DNA of 49,935 bases, from assembly GCF_006345805.1 (NCBI RefSeq), contig NW_021834291.1, positions 1 through 49,935 on the forward strand, written 5' to 3'. Made by a program: the position numbers and the translations under genes. This document shows, in pieces, positions 26,188-38,813 of the stretch. Numbering within the stretch: the stretch's first letter is position 1; each line of letters starts with the position of its first letter. The DNA is from Octopus sinensis. Its lineage: Eukaryota. Below the pieces are notes generated by a model. The model had not been told where the DNA came from. It did not search any database and saw only the letters and a program-made list of their open reading frames with translations.

Positions 26188-27159
26188 AGAAATTCACAAA
26201 AAGATTCACTTCTAAACTTTACTTATAAATTTTTTAAAATTCACCTATAAAAGATTCCCTTATAAACTTTTAAGAGGCTCCACTTGTGACCAACGCAGTG
26301 ACTGTTCCCAGTCTTACTATATCCAAGAGTACATAACAAAGTTTTGTTTCTTTTTTTAAAGCCGGTTGCATACAAGTTGCAGGGAGATCATACAGCTAAG
26401 AGACTAACTGTCTAGTCCGTAGAGATTAGAGCAGTGGTACTCAATCATTTTTTTTTTTTTTTACCTAAGGGCCCCTTAAATTACTAATTTACTCTGCTGG
26501 ACGCCCATAGCCATTCGATGTTCATTGGATACTTCTTTCAAAATTTCTATTTTGTTTTTCAAGCAATCACTTGCATAGGTTTGCAGTTACACCCTGGGAG
26601 AAAATGTTTTAGTGGCTGGAAACTTGTTGAACTACATAAAACTTTAGAGAAAGAAACCTGGTTGGGTTTTTTTTACATTAAATACAGCTAAAGCATAATT
26701 TTTTCACGAACCCTTCAAATATTAATGTAGATTACCAATTTACTATTTTGCTTGCTAGGACCCTGCAAAATCTTATTTGGACATCCAGGAATAACGTGAC
26801 CCTGGCTGAGAATTACTCGCTTAGAGTTTGGTTCTGGCCTTGACCCTTGAAGTTGTTTTTTGTTGTGGTAGTGGTAGTTGTTGTTGTCTTCTTCCAATCA
26901 GCACTCACGCCATTAGCCACAAAGAATAATCTCTAATTCGAGCCTACTCTAAGCAACTAAGAATGCGTGTGGCTACTTGAAGATCCACCCACCACAAGCG
27001 ATAGACTGCCGGTTGCAAGAGCGCGAAAGCTACGTTGTTATCCTTATTCCGAAAACGGTGGCTTTTAACGGGTGGCGAGCTGAACCATCCTGGTGTACAG
27101 TGGATTCGCAATCTAGACTAGGGTCTGAAAGTTTGCCATACCATAGTGGGTTACACCAT

Positions 27160-27371
27160 GGTTTCTCTGTTTTGTGGCAGAAGTGGGAAGAAAGAGTGTG
27201 AGAAAGTTGTGGTGAAAGAGTACAGCGGGGTTCACCACCCCTCCCCGCCGGGGCATCGTGGAGCTTAGGTGTTTTTGCTCAATATACACTCACAATGCCC
27301 AGTCTGAGAATCGAAACCGCGTTCTTACGACTGCGAGTCCGCTGCCCTAACAACTGGGCCATTGCGCCTCC
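27160..27371 (-). mobile_element. tRNA-derived SINE family 3
   Basis: Reverse complement of the 47451 element (GGAGGCGCAATGG...CAGTGGTTAGGGCAG..GACTCGC). Confidence 0.8.
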
Positions 27372-28329
27372 ACAGTTATTGTTGTTGTTGTTGTTACTGT
27401 TTTACTGCTGCTTAAGCCCAGGTGTAAAATTTAATCGACCAGACCTTTGATCAAATTGCATTGCAATTGGAGTCATACAGTCGTATTTCTATTTGTTTAT
27501 TTGTTTTTTTTAAATCTATAGACAATGTAGAATTGCATCATTCGTTGGGTCCTTACATTCTAAGACGCTATGGTGTGACGTGAGTGGGAATTATCTGCTA
27601 TTTCTAACATCTCGTGCGACACGTATATAGGTTTTTATTCGCTGGCATGACATTCGTTCTTTTACATCTAAAGGTGGGAAATATGCCAGATAAAATTACA
27701 GCGGTTTGAACGCCAACTTTTAAATTATTGATCACATATTCCACTGGTAATCCCCAATATGTACTGCTTAACAATTTTCATACAAGATACATAAATCAAT
27801 CAATAAGCATACTTAATAGCTAAAATTTTAGAGGAAGATAGATGTTATCTTCAATAAAAACATGTAATCGATTGTTTTTCTTCGTGCTGTGGAGGATACT
27901 TTAGTTGTTATTGTTGTCGATGTTGTTGTTGTTGTTCCTATTATTGTTTTCTTCCAATCACCAAATTCATATTTTTTAAAGAATATATTTGATTATTTCT
28001 GTATCACAAAACACTTGTTTTTGACATTTTTTTTTCTACTTGCTACCTCCTTCAATACTGAGTGAATAGAAAGAGAGAAAGAACAGAAAATGTTGATATA
28101 AATGTAAAAAGATTAAAGTTGAGAGCAAATTTTTATCGTTTACACTTCTTTTTTTCATTAAAGGCAGAGCAATGTTTTTAAGAAGCATCACGTGACAATA
28201 ACAGCGAATATTGTCTTCAGTTTTCCACACTGACAGATTAATAAATTTTCTTGTCAGATATCTTATGGATTATAATAAAAAGTAGAGAGAAAAATTGATA
28301 TCAATTTTCTTTAGGATTGCTTTTTGCGA

Positions 28330-28690
28330 TATAAATATCAATTATAGAGCAAACCCCTTCCTCTCCGCCAATTCGTATATTGGCATTTAGAATGCATCGG
28401 AAGATAAATGGCTATTTCCCTACATTCAAAAAAATCTGTCGTCTGCACGATATCGAACTGCTTGTCCCGGTTCAACAGAGGCTGAAAACCCAAGTGGAGA
28501 GCAGCCAGCTCATCATATATAATTTCAATTTAAGGTACCAATTGAGCTCTGCCATTCTCATAAACAACTATGTCCAGACGATTTCTTTTTCTTTTTTGGT
28601 TTCTTTTTCTTTCGATTTTTTTTTCTCTTTTTCTGTTTTACTTCTTCTCATTTTACTAAATATTCTTGTTGTGTTACCAACTGCTGGGAG
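28330..28690 (-). pseudogene. Degenerate Ginger/KRBA2-SCAND3-like transposase N-terminal (zinc-binding) region
   Basis: Manual translation LVTQQEYLVK*EEVKQKK...RLDIVVYENGRAQLVP*IEIIYDELAALH...IAIYLPMHSKCQ resembles the recalled KRBA2-like N-terminus; not verified by search. Confidence 0.45.
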
Positions 28691-29604
28691 AATTCCAAAG
28701 AAATGTTCGCCTGTCATTGACCGGATTCACTTCGACATTCTCATAATTGTAACACCAGTATTCCACAAACGTTTGTGGTATTTTATAGCCGACGCCTTGT
28801 GCAGACTCTCTCTCCACAACCCGCCTTGTTTCATTTCCTTCTGGTAGAGGCTGCTGTTGACGTAAGTAAGCTCGTGCTAGAAGGTTTCAACAAAGAAAGG
28901 AATCCTTTGCACATTTATGAAAAGTTCGACTACGCAAGAATTTTAAATTGCATATTTTTAACAGATTTTCTGCATATATATTTCCCCATACAACGCATTG
29001 CTCCAAGGCGTTTGAACACGTCTCATTAGAATTTCCAACAAACTATTTCAAGTTCTCTGTAAAGGTAATAACTATTTCTTTATATTGTTTTTGCAAGAAT
29101 TCATACAATATCCATCACAGGTTAGATCTTTTCATGGTAATGTCACCCAGGTAAAACACAACGAAAGTTACCTGACAAAATTTTAAAAGGTGTCTGTCTT
29201 CGCATAAAATATCTCAGCAAAATATTATAACTTCCACAACGCTATCGTAATTCTTTAGTATGGTAAGCCATATTAAACTTAACTGATCGTGTTTCATCCG
29301 ATATCTACAATACGAAATATTATTCGGGACAAATAACAAAGAATTCCAACTGGAATATTCGTTTACTTTATAGTATGAAAAAAATTTCTGTAATGATAAT
29401 AAGCAATAATCAATATTAGGTTCTTCGACCTGAAGAATACAATACTTATTGATCCTAACTGGATAAGGGCTCCTGACTTAATAGATTAACCTATTTATCA
29501 AATCAATTATCTCATCACTGTAAAAAGGGTTTCAATTTACAGACGTTATATAATACAGCATACGCGGAGTAATCTCCCGTAGCTGCCGGGAAAACCGGTA
29601 TCCA

Positions 29605-29915
29605 GCATATGGCGTAGTGGTTAAGAGTGCGGGCTACTAAGCCCAAGATTCCGAGTTCGATTCCAGGCAGTGACCTAAATAATAATAATAATAATAATAA
29701 TTATAATAATAATAATAATAATAATTATAATTATAACATCGGAAAATAAGTCAGGAATGAGAACCCAGGTTTGAAATTTCTCCAATACACCCGATGGAGG
29801 CTGGAGGGTATGTTAGCCGAAACGTTGTGTTAACAAACAAGATGAGGACAAATATCCGTCAAATATAAATAATGTAAATAATGTACATAATTCCTCATTT
29901 CTTTAATATAGAACT
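29605..29915 (+). mobile_element. tRNA-headed SINE (family D) with internal (AAT)n and HHR-like 3' module
   Basis: A box TGGCGTAGTGG, B box GAGTTCGATTCC; HHR-like at 29787-29830. Confidence 0.75.
29787..29830 (+). ncRNA. HHR-like motif with two core substitutions
   Basis: ACAC-CCGAUGG-A-GGCUG..UAGCC-GAA-ACGU-U|GUGU; stems I and II and the ACGU palindrome intact. Confidence 0.55.
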
Positions 29916-30410
29916 ATTATACATTTAAATTCTCCTTTTTCTACTTAAATTTGAAACTGTTATAATTTTAGAATTTTAACTGAGACCGAATTCCAAAATA
30001 ATGGTTTGTAATTTAAGCACAATACCAGCAATTTTGAAGTGGGTGGGGGTGGGGCTTTGCCGATTATACCAAGCCACGTACTTGACTGGTATTTTATTTT
30101 ATCAACTCTGAAAGGATGAAATGCAGAACTGGCTTTAACGAGTTACGAGCTCAGATCGTAAAGAGCAAGAAAAAAGGAAAAAAGTGTCGCAAAGCAATTT
30201 TTTCGATGCACCATCGGCTCTGTTAGTTCGACGTCCTCGGCCTTGCTGCGGAGGGGATTTGAACTCAGTGGAAAGATATGATTACTGTTTAAGGAGTACT
30301 TGTAATTTAGAAATTCATCTATTGTCACCTGGATATAACTGATATACTGTTACCTGGATATGATTCGTATATAGCCACGTGTGTATAATGAAGTGGAATA
30401 TAGTCTGTTA

Positions 30411-30827
30411 AAGGCGGCGAGCTGGCAGAAACGTTAGCGCGCCGGACAAAATGCTTAGCGGTATTTCGTCTGCCGCTACGTTCTGGGTTCAAATTCCGTC
30501 GAGGTCGACTTTGCCTTTCATCCTTTCGGGGTCGATAAATTAAGTACCAGTTACGCACTGGGGTCGATCTAATCGACTTAATACCTATGTCTGTCCTTGT
30601 TTGTCCCCTCTATGTTTAGCCCCTTGTGGGTAATAAAGAAATAGGTATTTCGTCTGCCGCTACGTTCTGAGTTCAAATTCTGTCGAGGTCGATTTTGCCT
30701 TTCATCCTTTCGGGGTCGATTAAATAAGTACCAGTTACGCACTGGGGTCGATGTAATCGACTTGATCCCTTTGTCTGTCCTTATTTCTCCCCTCTGTGTT
30801 TAGCCCCTTGTGGGCAATAAAGAAATA
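30411..30827 (+). mobile_element. Dimeric family 1 SINE flanked by a 14 bp TSD
   Basis: Head+unit+unit; GGAATATAGTCTGT at 30395-30408 and 30828-30841. Confidence 0.92.
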
Positions 30828-31493
30828 GGAATATAGTCTGTATTTTGTATATATTAGAGCACATCTGATCCTATCTGTTGTTTCTATCTTACACTAACTT
30901 GCTTCCATTCCGGAAAATGAAGGAGAGATGGAGAAAGAGAGAGATAGAGACAGAGCCGACGTTTTAAGAATCACAGGTGAAATTCAAACTATGCAAACGC
31001 AAGATCTATCAAAGCATATAATACGCAGATAAAGACACAAGAACAGCAGCAAAAAGCTCTTGGTAGCAAATATGGGTATAATACTGTGAATGGAGAAAAA
31101 AAGGAAGAAGAGTCGACGCTTCGGATTATATACATTCATCGACACAGAAGGGAGAAGGAAAAGGAAAAAAGCTTGAAAGTAAAAAAAAAGAGGGGCGGGA
31201 ATTTGTTTGTTGACAGAAGTACCAAGCTACACTGTTTAAATTACGATCGTCTGAACTTAATCAAATAATTTATCTCCTACATTCGCTTATTTGTAAAAAA
31301 TTTTATGTTATATATGATGCTGAACCGAAAAGAATATTATCTGCTTGTTGTTTGAGCTTTCTATGCTTATATCTTTCTGTGTGTCAACTTTGTGTTTTAG
31401 TTTCAGGTTGTAATTTTTTCCCTCTAAATAAACTGGATACGTTGTTGGTAAACTGTTCATCTACGTCACTTTCAGCCCGTGCAAGTTTGTGTG

Positions 31494-31494
<1 letters not shown>

Positions 31495-31577
<83 letters not shown>

Positions 31578-31605
31578 CCTATCTATCTATCGATCTATCT
31601 ATCTA

Positions 31606-31636
<31 letters not shown>

Positions 31637-31640
31637 GACT
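31495..31640. repeat. (TCTA)n(TCTG)n microsatellite
   Basis: Direct reading. Confidence 0.97.
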
Positions 31641-31920
31641 AACAATCATTCAATGTGAGGAATTGAGAATATTTTAAAGGTATTTAAAGGTATTTTTTTT
31701 TTTAAAAAAGAGGTAGTTTTAGTTTTTGTTGTAATTTAGTGTTCACTTGGACTATTGATTTTGTTCTGATAGCTAATTCCACAAGAAGCCATTAAGCAAG
31801 ACTTGTAGTCCAAATAAGCACGAATTCTCTCTCTCCCTCTGTCTGTCTGTTTTATTATTGATATACACACACATACACACACATGTATGTATAAATATAT
31901 ATATATATATATAATTATAA

Positions 31921-32105
31921 AAAACGGAGAAAAAGACAACAAGTAAAAAACAATAACGTGAGGATGTGGTACATGCAAAGTATCAATAAGACGCTTAGGG
32001 AAGGAAAGAAAGGGTGTTTTACGTTTCGAGCAAAGCTCTTCTTCAGAAACAGGAGACAGAGGAACGGCCAAAAGAAAAGGAAGACGGGGGTGGGGAACAC
32101 CAGCA
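31921..32105 (-). mobile_element. Family C short repeat
   Basis: Homology to 22272-22475. Confidence 0.65.
32016..32050 (-). ncRNA. Minimal type I HHR (dimer type), intact core
   Basis: UGUUU-CUGAAGA-A-GAGC(UUU)GCUC-GAA-ACGU-A|AAACA. Confidence 0.75.
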
Positions 32106-32109
32106 ATCC

Positions 32110-32606
32110 ACGTTCGTAGCCACTTAAACAGGGCTCTCCATTCGAACAGTCTTTACTGCGATTTTCTAGCCCTAAGATGGCATCTCCTGTAGCTGGTTAA
32201 CGATGCACAGCTGCATCCGAGATATTGCGAGCAGGGGAGCGAACCCCTACCACATTCTAACGACAGGATCAACAGACCAGCTTGGTTTCGGACCATTTCT
32301 GCTTCTCTTCAGTACTGGAAGATATGATAGTAACTCGCTTCTGCTCATAGTATATATAATTTCGAGCGACATACCGTCACTGATTTTGCTTGATGTAAAA
32401 AATTATAGTTTTAAAATCTAAGAGATCAATGCAGTAGTTGTACTAATAAGTAATGTTCGTAGACACTCCAGCATGGTTATCCGTTCAAACGGACTTTACT
32501 GCGATTTTTAACCCTAAGAGGGCATCTCTAGCTGGTTGACGGTGCACAGCTGCGTCCGATATATTGTGAGCAGCGGAGAAAATACCTACCACCCTCCAGC
32601 AACAGG
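32110..32606 (-). mobile_element. ~1.45 tandem units (period 343 bp) of HHR-bearing subfamily B
   Basis: CTTTACTGCGATTTT at 32151 and 32494, followed by colinear homologous sequence. Confidence 0.8.
32269..32318 (-). ncRNA. Subfamily B type I HHR (core intact, stem II eroded)
   Basis: CCAGUA-CUGAAGA-GAAGCAGAAAUGGUCC-GAAAC-CAAGCUG-GUC|UGUUGA. Confidence 0.65.
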
Positions 32607-32617
32607 ACCAGCATACA

Positions 32618-32651
<34 letters not shown>

Positions 32652-32709
32652 TTACTACTACTACTACTACTACTACTGTTGCTGCTGCTGCTGCTACTAC
32701 TACTACTAG

Positions 32710-32915
32710 TAGTCTGTGTTTGTCCCCCTAACATCGCTTGACAACCGATTGTGGTGTGTTTACATCCCTGTAACTTAGCAGTTCGGCAAAAGAGCCCAAC
32801 ATAATAAATACTAGGCTTCCAAAGAATAAGTCCTGCGGCCGATTTGCTCGACTAAAGGCGGTGCTCCAGCATGGCCGCAGTCAAATGACTGAAACAAGTA
32901 AAAGAGTAAAAGAGA
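32710..32915 (+). mobile_element. Family 2 SINE 3' half
   Basis: GTTTGTCCCCCTAACATCGCTTGAC...CAGCATGGCCGCAGTCAAATGACTGAAACAAGTAAAAGAG. Confidence 0.85.
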
Positions 32916-33879
32916 AAAAATTATTAATATTATTATTTATTTTTATTATTATTATTATTATTATTTATTATTATTATTATTAGTAGTAGTAGTAGTAGTA
33001 GTAGTAGCAGTAGTAGTAGTAGTAGTAAGTAGTAGTGGCAGCAGCAGCAGTTGCAGTAGGAGGAGGAGAGGGTAGGGGGTCGGGGAGAGGGAGGCAGCGG
33101 CAGCAAGAGGTCACGGTTCAGTTGTTGTGCCTTGTAGATAAGGTTGACAGTAAATCAACTTCATGAACTGTTGACTGAGTGATGCGAGAGAGAGGCAAGC
33201 AATTACGAAGTATCAAGGTGACACACTCTGTTAGCCGCTCGAACAAAATAATGATGATAAAGCCACACTTCAGATAAAGACAAGACATTGCTTCTTTTTA
33301 TCATCTTCAAACTGATTGTGTTTTTCAAGATAACACATAAGTGCCTGGATATTTGCGTGTGTATGAGTGTGTATGTGTGTGTGTGTGTGTGTGGTGTGTG
33401 TGTGTGTGTGTGTGTGTGAGGGCGCGTTGTGTGCGTATGTGTGTGTGTTTGAACCATAGTGTAAATCAGAGGTAGAATATGTTTAAATACTATAAAGCCT
33501 TACTGTAGGTTGAGTAAGAATGTAAGCACATTCTCTATATGTTATTAATGCGTGGGAAAATAAAAAAAATAAATGAGGGAGTCTCCTGCCGGACAGTTTC
33601 ACAGTTTCTTCACCGCTCCTCAGAGAAGGTATGCGTTGGTTTCTTCCTCTATATATGACATTGATAAGTCATGAGTTATCAAGCACCTTAGTGAAAATAT
33701 ATGTATACATGTATGTATAAATATACGCATATATACATCCATAAATATAAATGAAATATATAATATTCATATGCTAGTGTGCGTATGTATCTATAATTGC
33801 ATGCGCTTTTGTATGAACTGCATGGGTACATGCACGCCCACTCATCATCATCATCATCATCATTATTGTTATTATTATG

Positions 33880-33924
<45 letters not shown>

Positions 33925-34304
33925 TTTTTAAAATTTTTTTATTATTATTTTCATTATGTGTATACATAAGATTGTTTATATGTACGCATGTTATTGTCTT
34001 TCTCACTTTCTCTATGACCTTGTTTGTGAGAATATGTGTATGTGGTAATGTTAACGCGTGTGTTCGTGCGTAAAACAGAGATAGAGAGAGGGTAGAAGAA
34101 GAAGAAGAAGAAGAGAAGAAGAAGAAGAAGAAGGAGGAGGAGGAGGAGGAGGAGGAGGAGAAGAAGAAGAAGAAGAAGAAGAAGAAGAAGAAGAAGAAGA
34201 AGAAGAAGAAGAAAAAAATGCTAGCTTGCTATGTGAACGTGAATGCAGAGGAAGTTGTAGAGGAAGTTGTAGAGGAAGTTGGAGAGAAAGAGAGAGACAC
34301 AGAA

Positions 34305-34335
<31 letters not shown>

Positions 34336-35089
34336 ACCAGAGACTGGAAGAGACTGAGAGTGAATGACGAGATGTCTTAAAGCTGAAATACAATTCGAGT
34401 ACGATAATCCAGATCGCTAGAGCTAACGTAAATCTAGACAGTGGGTCCTTTCTATATCTTTTAAAGCGAGGAAAATCAGTTAATATAAAAATCATAAAGC
34501 TAATGATCAATGGGAGTCATTCTTTTTGACAACCTTTCTTCATGCCTCACTGGCAATTTCAGATTTTTGAGATAGAATGGTATATTTGATACAAATAAAT
34601 AAACAAAAATAAGTAAAGAATAACGCAAAAATCTTTGCTCCTTTTCTTCATATCAGCAGACTGTTATGAAGCACGTCACAGATGTTCATGGCAAATCCCC
34701 AAAGATAAAGCTGTCCTGATTGAGATAACCTTTCTTGCTGGCTACTTAAAGAATACTAACGCAACGTTAGAGTCCCAAGCAGGGACTAGATATAATTGAC
34801 CGATATCTAGGAACTTGTCAGCATTTCTTAGCCGTTATCTTACATATCTGTTCCTTTATTTCTCTCATTTTTTTCTCTTCTGTATTCGCCCCATTCCTCT
34901 CTACCTTTTCTTCACCTAAAAGTTACGGCAGATAGTTTTATTTTAGAGCCATGTGCAGGGCATAGAGCAGCGAACTCCTGTCACTCAATGGTTCCCATTA
35001 TGGTTAATTCATTTACTTAACCAGCGACAAAGAGTAAAAAATAAAACAAATAAATTAAAATTTGGCATTATTTCAAATAATTCCTCAAG

Positions 35090-35880
35090 GCAACGAGCTA
35101 CAAGAATCGTTACCGTGCCGGACAAAACTGCTTAGTGGCATTCCTTCCGCTTCTTTACGTTTTGTGTTCAGATACCGCTGAGGCCGACTTTACTTTCCAA
35201 TATTTCAGGGTCAATAAAAAAAATAGTACCCGTTAAGCACTGGAGTTGATATAATCGATTTCCCCGCCTCTTAAATTGCTAGTTTTGTTCCAAAATTAGA
35301 AAGAATTATTTCAATTAATTCTTAGTGATGGGATGGCAGAATCGGTAGAGTGCTTAAAATAAAATCTAAGTGCTATGTAGTTATTCCCTTTGCGTTATGA
35401 GTTCAAAATCCCAACTAGTTTCACTTTATCTTTTATACTATCGAGAGGTCACTAAATTAAGAACAAATCAAGTACTGGTATCACTCTAATGATATCTCCT
35501 TTGCCACTCCGTGTGTGGCCTAGCAATCGAGTTGGAAAACATCGAGAGCATCAGTAAACATTTGCTTTGCGGTGTTCGTTCTAACATCTTATGTTCTGAG
35601 TGCAAATCTAATCGAGCTCAACTTTGCTTTGCATGCTATTGTGGTTGATAAAAAAAAATACGAGTTAAGTACTGAGGTCGATGTAATCCACTGCCATCCA
35701 CATTACTAGCCTTCTTCCTATAATCAGAAGCATTTATTTTAATCATTTGTGGGTGATGGTGTGGCGGAGTGGAAGAGCGCAGGTAAATATCTTGGTGCAT
35801 TTAATTATGTGCATTTAGGTTCTGTGTTCAAATTAGTTTTATTTTTATCATTTGTGATACCAGTCAAGTACTAGACGCAT
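35090..35880 (+). mobile_element. Cluster of four old, co-oriented family 1-like SINEs
   Basis: Recurring head, GTTCAAA and AAGTAC motifs about every 200-230 bp, strongly diverged. Confidence 0.6.
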
Positions 35881-36949
35881 TGTCAGACGGTAGTTAGACG
35901 ATCCGATACAAGTAGAGACGATGGTAGCTTGATTGATGGTAGATTTGAATTTGAGAAAGTGATTAAGATTGTCTATGCATCAAGGTAATAATTACTGCAG
36001 AGAGTTTAAAAAACTACAGTAAGTGAGATGGCGGAGTGAGAGCGCAAGAACATTTTATGAAACACTATATAACTAATAAAAAGTTAATGAACGAGTGTCT
36101 GTCTATACGGTCGGTCGATTTGCAAAGGGTGACAATAGAATATCTCCTCAGATCACACCCTACCTTTGTAAAAGAAAAGACTTATTAGATGTTGTTGCCC
36201 AATTGATAATTCTGCCCCCGATTAGCGTTTGCTTGGTGTTAAACAGCAGAAGCAACTACAATTAGTCAAAGACACATTACTATGATTCACTATTCTTTAT
36301 CTTTTGTTTCGGTTACTGAATTGTGATCATGCTAGGTTGCCACCTTTAAGGGGTTTAGTCAAAGAAATCCACCCCATTAGGTATGTTTTTATTTTTTTTA
36401 AGTCGGCATTTATTCTATCGTCTCCTTTTGACGAATTGCTAGTATTGGTTGATAAGCAGTGGTGGGATGACATACACATACATGCACGCACAAACACACA
36501 CGCACACGTACACACATAAGTATACACATATATACGATGTTCTTCCACACAGTTTCTGTTTATTAATTTCACTCACACAATATCAGTCGGTCTGAAACTA
36601 AAGTAGGAGACACTTGCCTAGTGTGCTGTACAGTAGAACTGAACCCGAAGCCATTTAGCTGCACAGCGAGCTTCTAAACCACGCAGCCATGCCGACGCCT
36701 ATCTTTGGAAAAGCTAAAATGGTCAGTAATGGAAGGTTTTGGTCATAGGTTGCTGGATTAGGATTGACCTAGGCTTAAACAACACAACAGAAGAATTCTC
36801 CACTTGGAAATATTCCTTAGTTTTCTTTTACTGTTTTTCTTTCTGTGCAAAAATGCAAGAATGAATATTTTGATATCAAACTGAAGTCATTTAATTATTT
36901 GTTGGTTTGTCTAGATTTGTTGTCCGTTTTTAGTTTTATCATATTAAAT

Positions 36950-37490
36950 GAATTCTTCTTCTTCTAGCCTGGTGGCTGTGGCGAAAGAGGTTGTTTGGTG
37001 GATAAGGCTGAGAGGCATGAGGATAGATACGTTCCTCTTTGGTACAGCTCTCAATTGACTTCTTCAAGTTACTCTTGAAAAGGAAATTGAGAGTGGAGAG
37101 GGAAGTACTGTTCTCGAATGAATTTACTGAAAGGTGGGTGAAAGTTACGAAAATGGCAAGAGTGGATGGTGTACCTCTCTAAATGTAGACTTGTGACTCG
37201 GAGAGAAGGAACTGAAGAGGGCACCTGCTCTTGGGGTTTCAGGGAAATCTCGGGCAGTAGAGTTCCTCGATTATATCACATTTCTATCATCCTTCCCTCC
37301 ACTTTTTTCTAACCTTTGTATGTTATGTATATATCCCTTCTTTTTCGGTGTATACCGTGTATACTTACTTATCTTTTTTTTTATCATTTCATTATTATGT
37401 GTAATCCTCTTCACTTTATGTCTGTCTTCGTATTGTCCCCCTCATCATTCGCTCTTGTGGCAAATAAATGAAATTATTATTATTATTACT
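36950..37490 (+). mobile_element. Tx1/L1-like LINE 3' end
   Basis: LVAVAKEVVWWIRLRG / DFFKLLLKRKLRVEREVL..F.ERWV, followed by UTR, AATAAA and (ATT)n tail. Confidence 0.55.
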
Positions 37491-37496
37491 ACTACT

Positions 37497-37710
37497 AAGG
37501 CGGCGAGCTGGCAGAATCATTAGCACGCTGGTCGAAATGCTTCACAGTATTTCGCCCGTCTCCACGTCCTGTGTTCAAATTCCACCGAGGTCGACTTTAC
37601 CTTTCATCCTTTCGAGGTTGATAAATTAAGTACCAGTGAAGCACTAGGGTCGATCTAATTGAGTATTCCCCTCCCTCGAAATTTCAGACCTTGTGACTAT
37701 AGTAGAAAGA
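37497..37710 (+). mobile_element. Family 1 SINE
   Basis: AAGGCGGCGAGCTGGCAGAATC head, Meta-like centre. Confidence 0.85.
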
Positions 37711-37729
37711 ATTATTATTATTATCATCA

Positions 37730-37761
<32 letters not shown>

Positions 37762-38639
37762 GCAGTCGAATGTACAGTTGGGTTAATTTCTTTGCAGAAT
37801 GTCTCGTAGGTGTGACAGATTGATGTTCTATAAAAGACACCGTCTCTGGTACCATAAAAAAGGCGAGACAAAGAAGGAATGAAAGAAAAAGAATGAAAAG
37901 ATGGGTGGGGGCGTTAAGATAAAATAAATTGAAGTGAAATAATTGAAATGATAAACAGACAACTAAAACTAAAATAATGATTAAGAAAATGCAATAACCT
38001 GAACTTCGCGAAATTACATGTCAACACACTCACACACACACGCGCATTTATATATCTACACATATATATTTCTGTGTGTAGATATATGAATATAAAGATG
38101 TATGCATATATATATATATATATATATATATGCATATATACTTTTATATGAGTAAATATATATATGTATGTATGTATATATAAATGTATATGAGCATATA
38201 TAGATTTCTCTCTCTATATATATATGTATGCATGTGTATATATACATACACACACACACATACACACACATATATACACACACACAGATGTTTGTGTGTG
38301 GGTGTGAGATAGATAAGCGGATCAGGTAGATAACCGACCAACTTGTAATGTACCTTTTTATTAGTTATTTACTTATTTATTTTTCCCTCACATCTCCACC
38401 TCCACGCACCACTGTTTCTCTTTCATATCTCACACATTATTCTTCTGTATAACAACGCCACCCTGCATAGCACCCGACTCACACCCCGTACTACTATTTT
38501 CTTTCCTTATTATTTTCTTGTTGCTTTGTTCATTATAGGGGTTCATCACATTATCTTTTTCCCTCTGCTTATCAGTGGGCGCCCTATTTATCACTATGGG
38601 CCCTATTTTTTTTATTAGGATGCTTTTCGTACCTCATTC

Positions 38640-38676
<37 letters not shown>

Positions 38677-38771
38677 ATGTGTAGGTATGAATGTATCTGT
38701 GTATGTATTTATGTATACATTTATGTATGTATGTATGTATGTATGTATGTATGTATGTATGTATGTATATG

Positions 38772-38813
<42 letters not shown>

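Noticed and set aside
29605-29675. tRNA-like sequences (also 47451-47525 and family 1/2 heads)
   Set aside because: A/B boxes are present but there is no complete acceptor stem, and each runs into a SINE body.
33608-33636. 24 nt micro-exon candidate (TTTCACAG..AAG|GTATGC); similar donor at 49602
   Set aside because: Isolated splice-like motifs are expected by chance; no supporting frame or homology.
34657-34800. Possible exon reading DCYEARHRCSWQIPKDKAVLIEITF (CUB-like)
   Set aside because: Acceptor is plausible, but there is no good donor before the stop and no partner exons.
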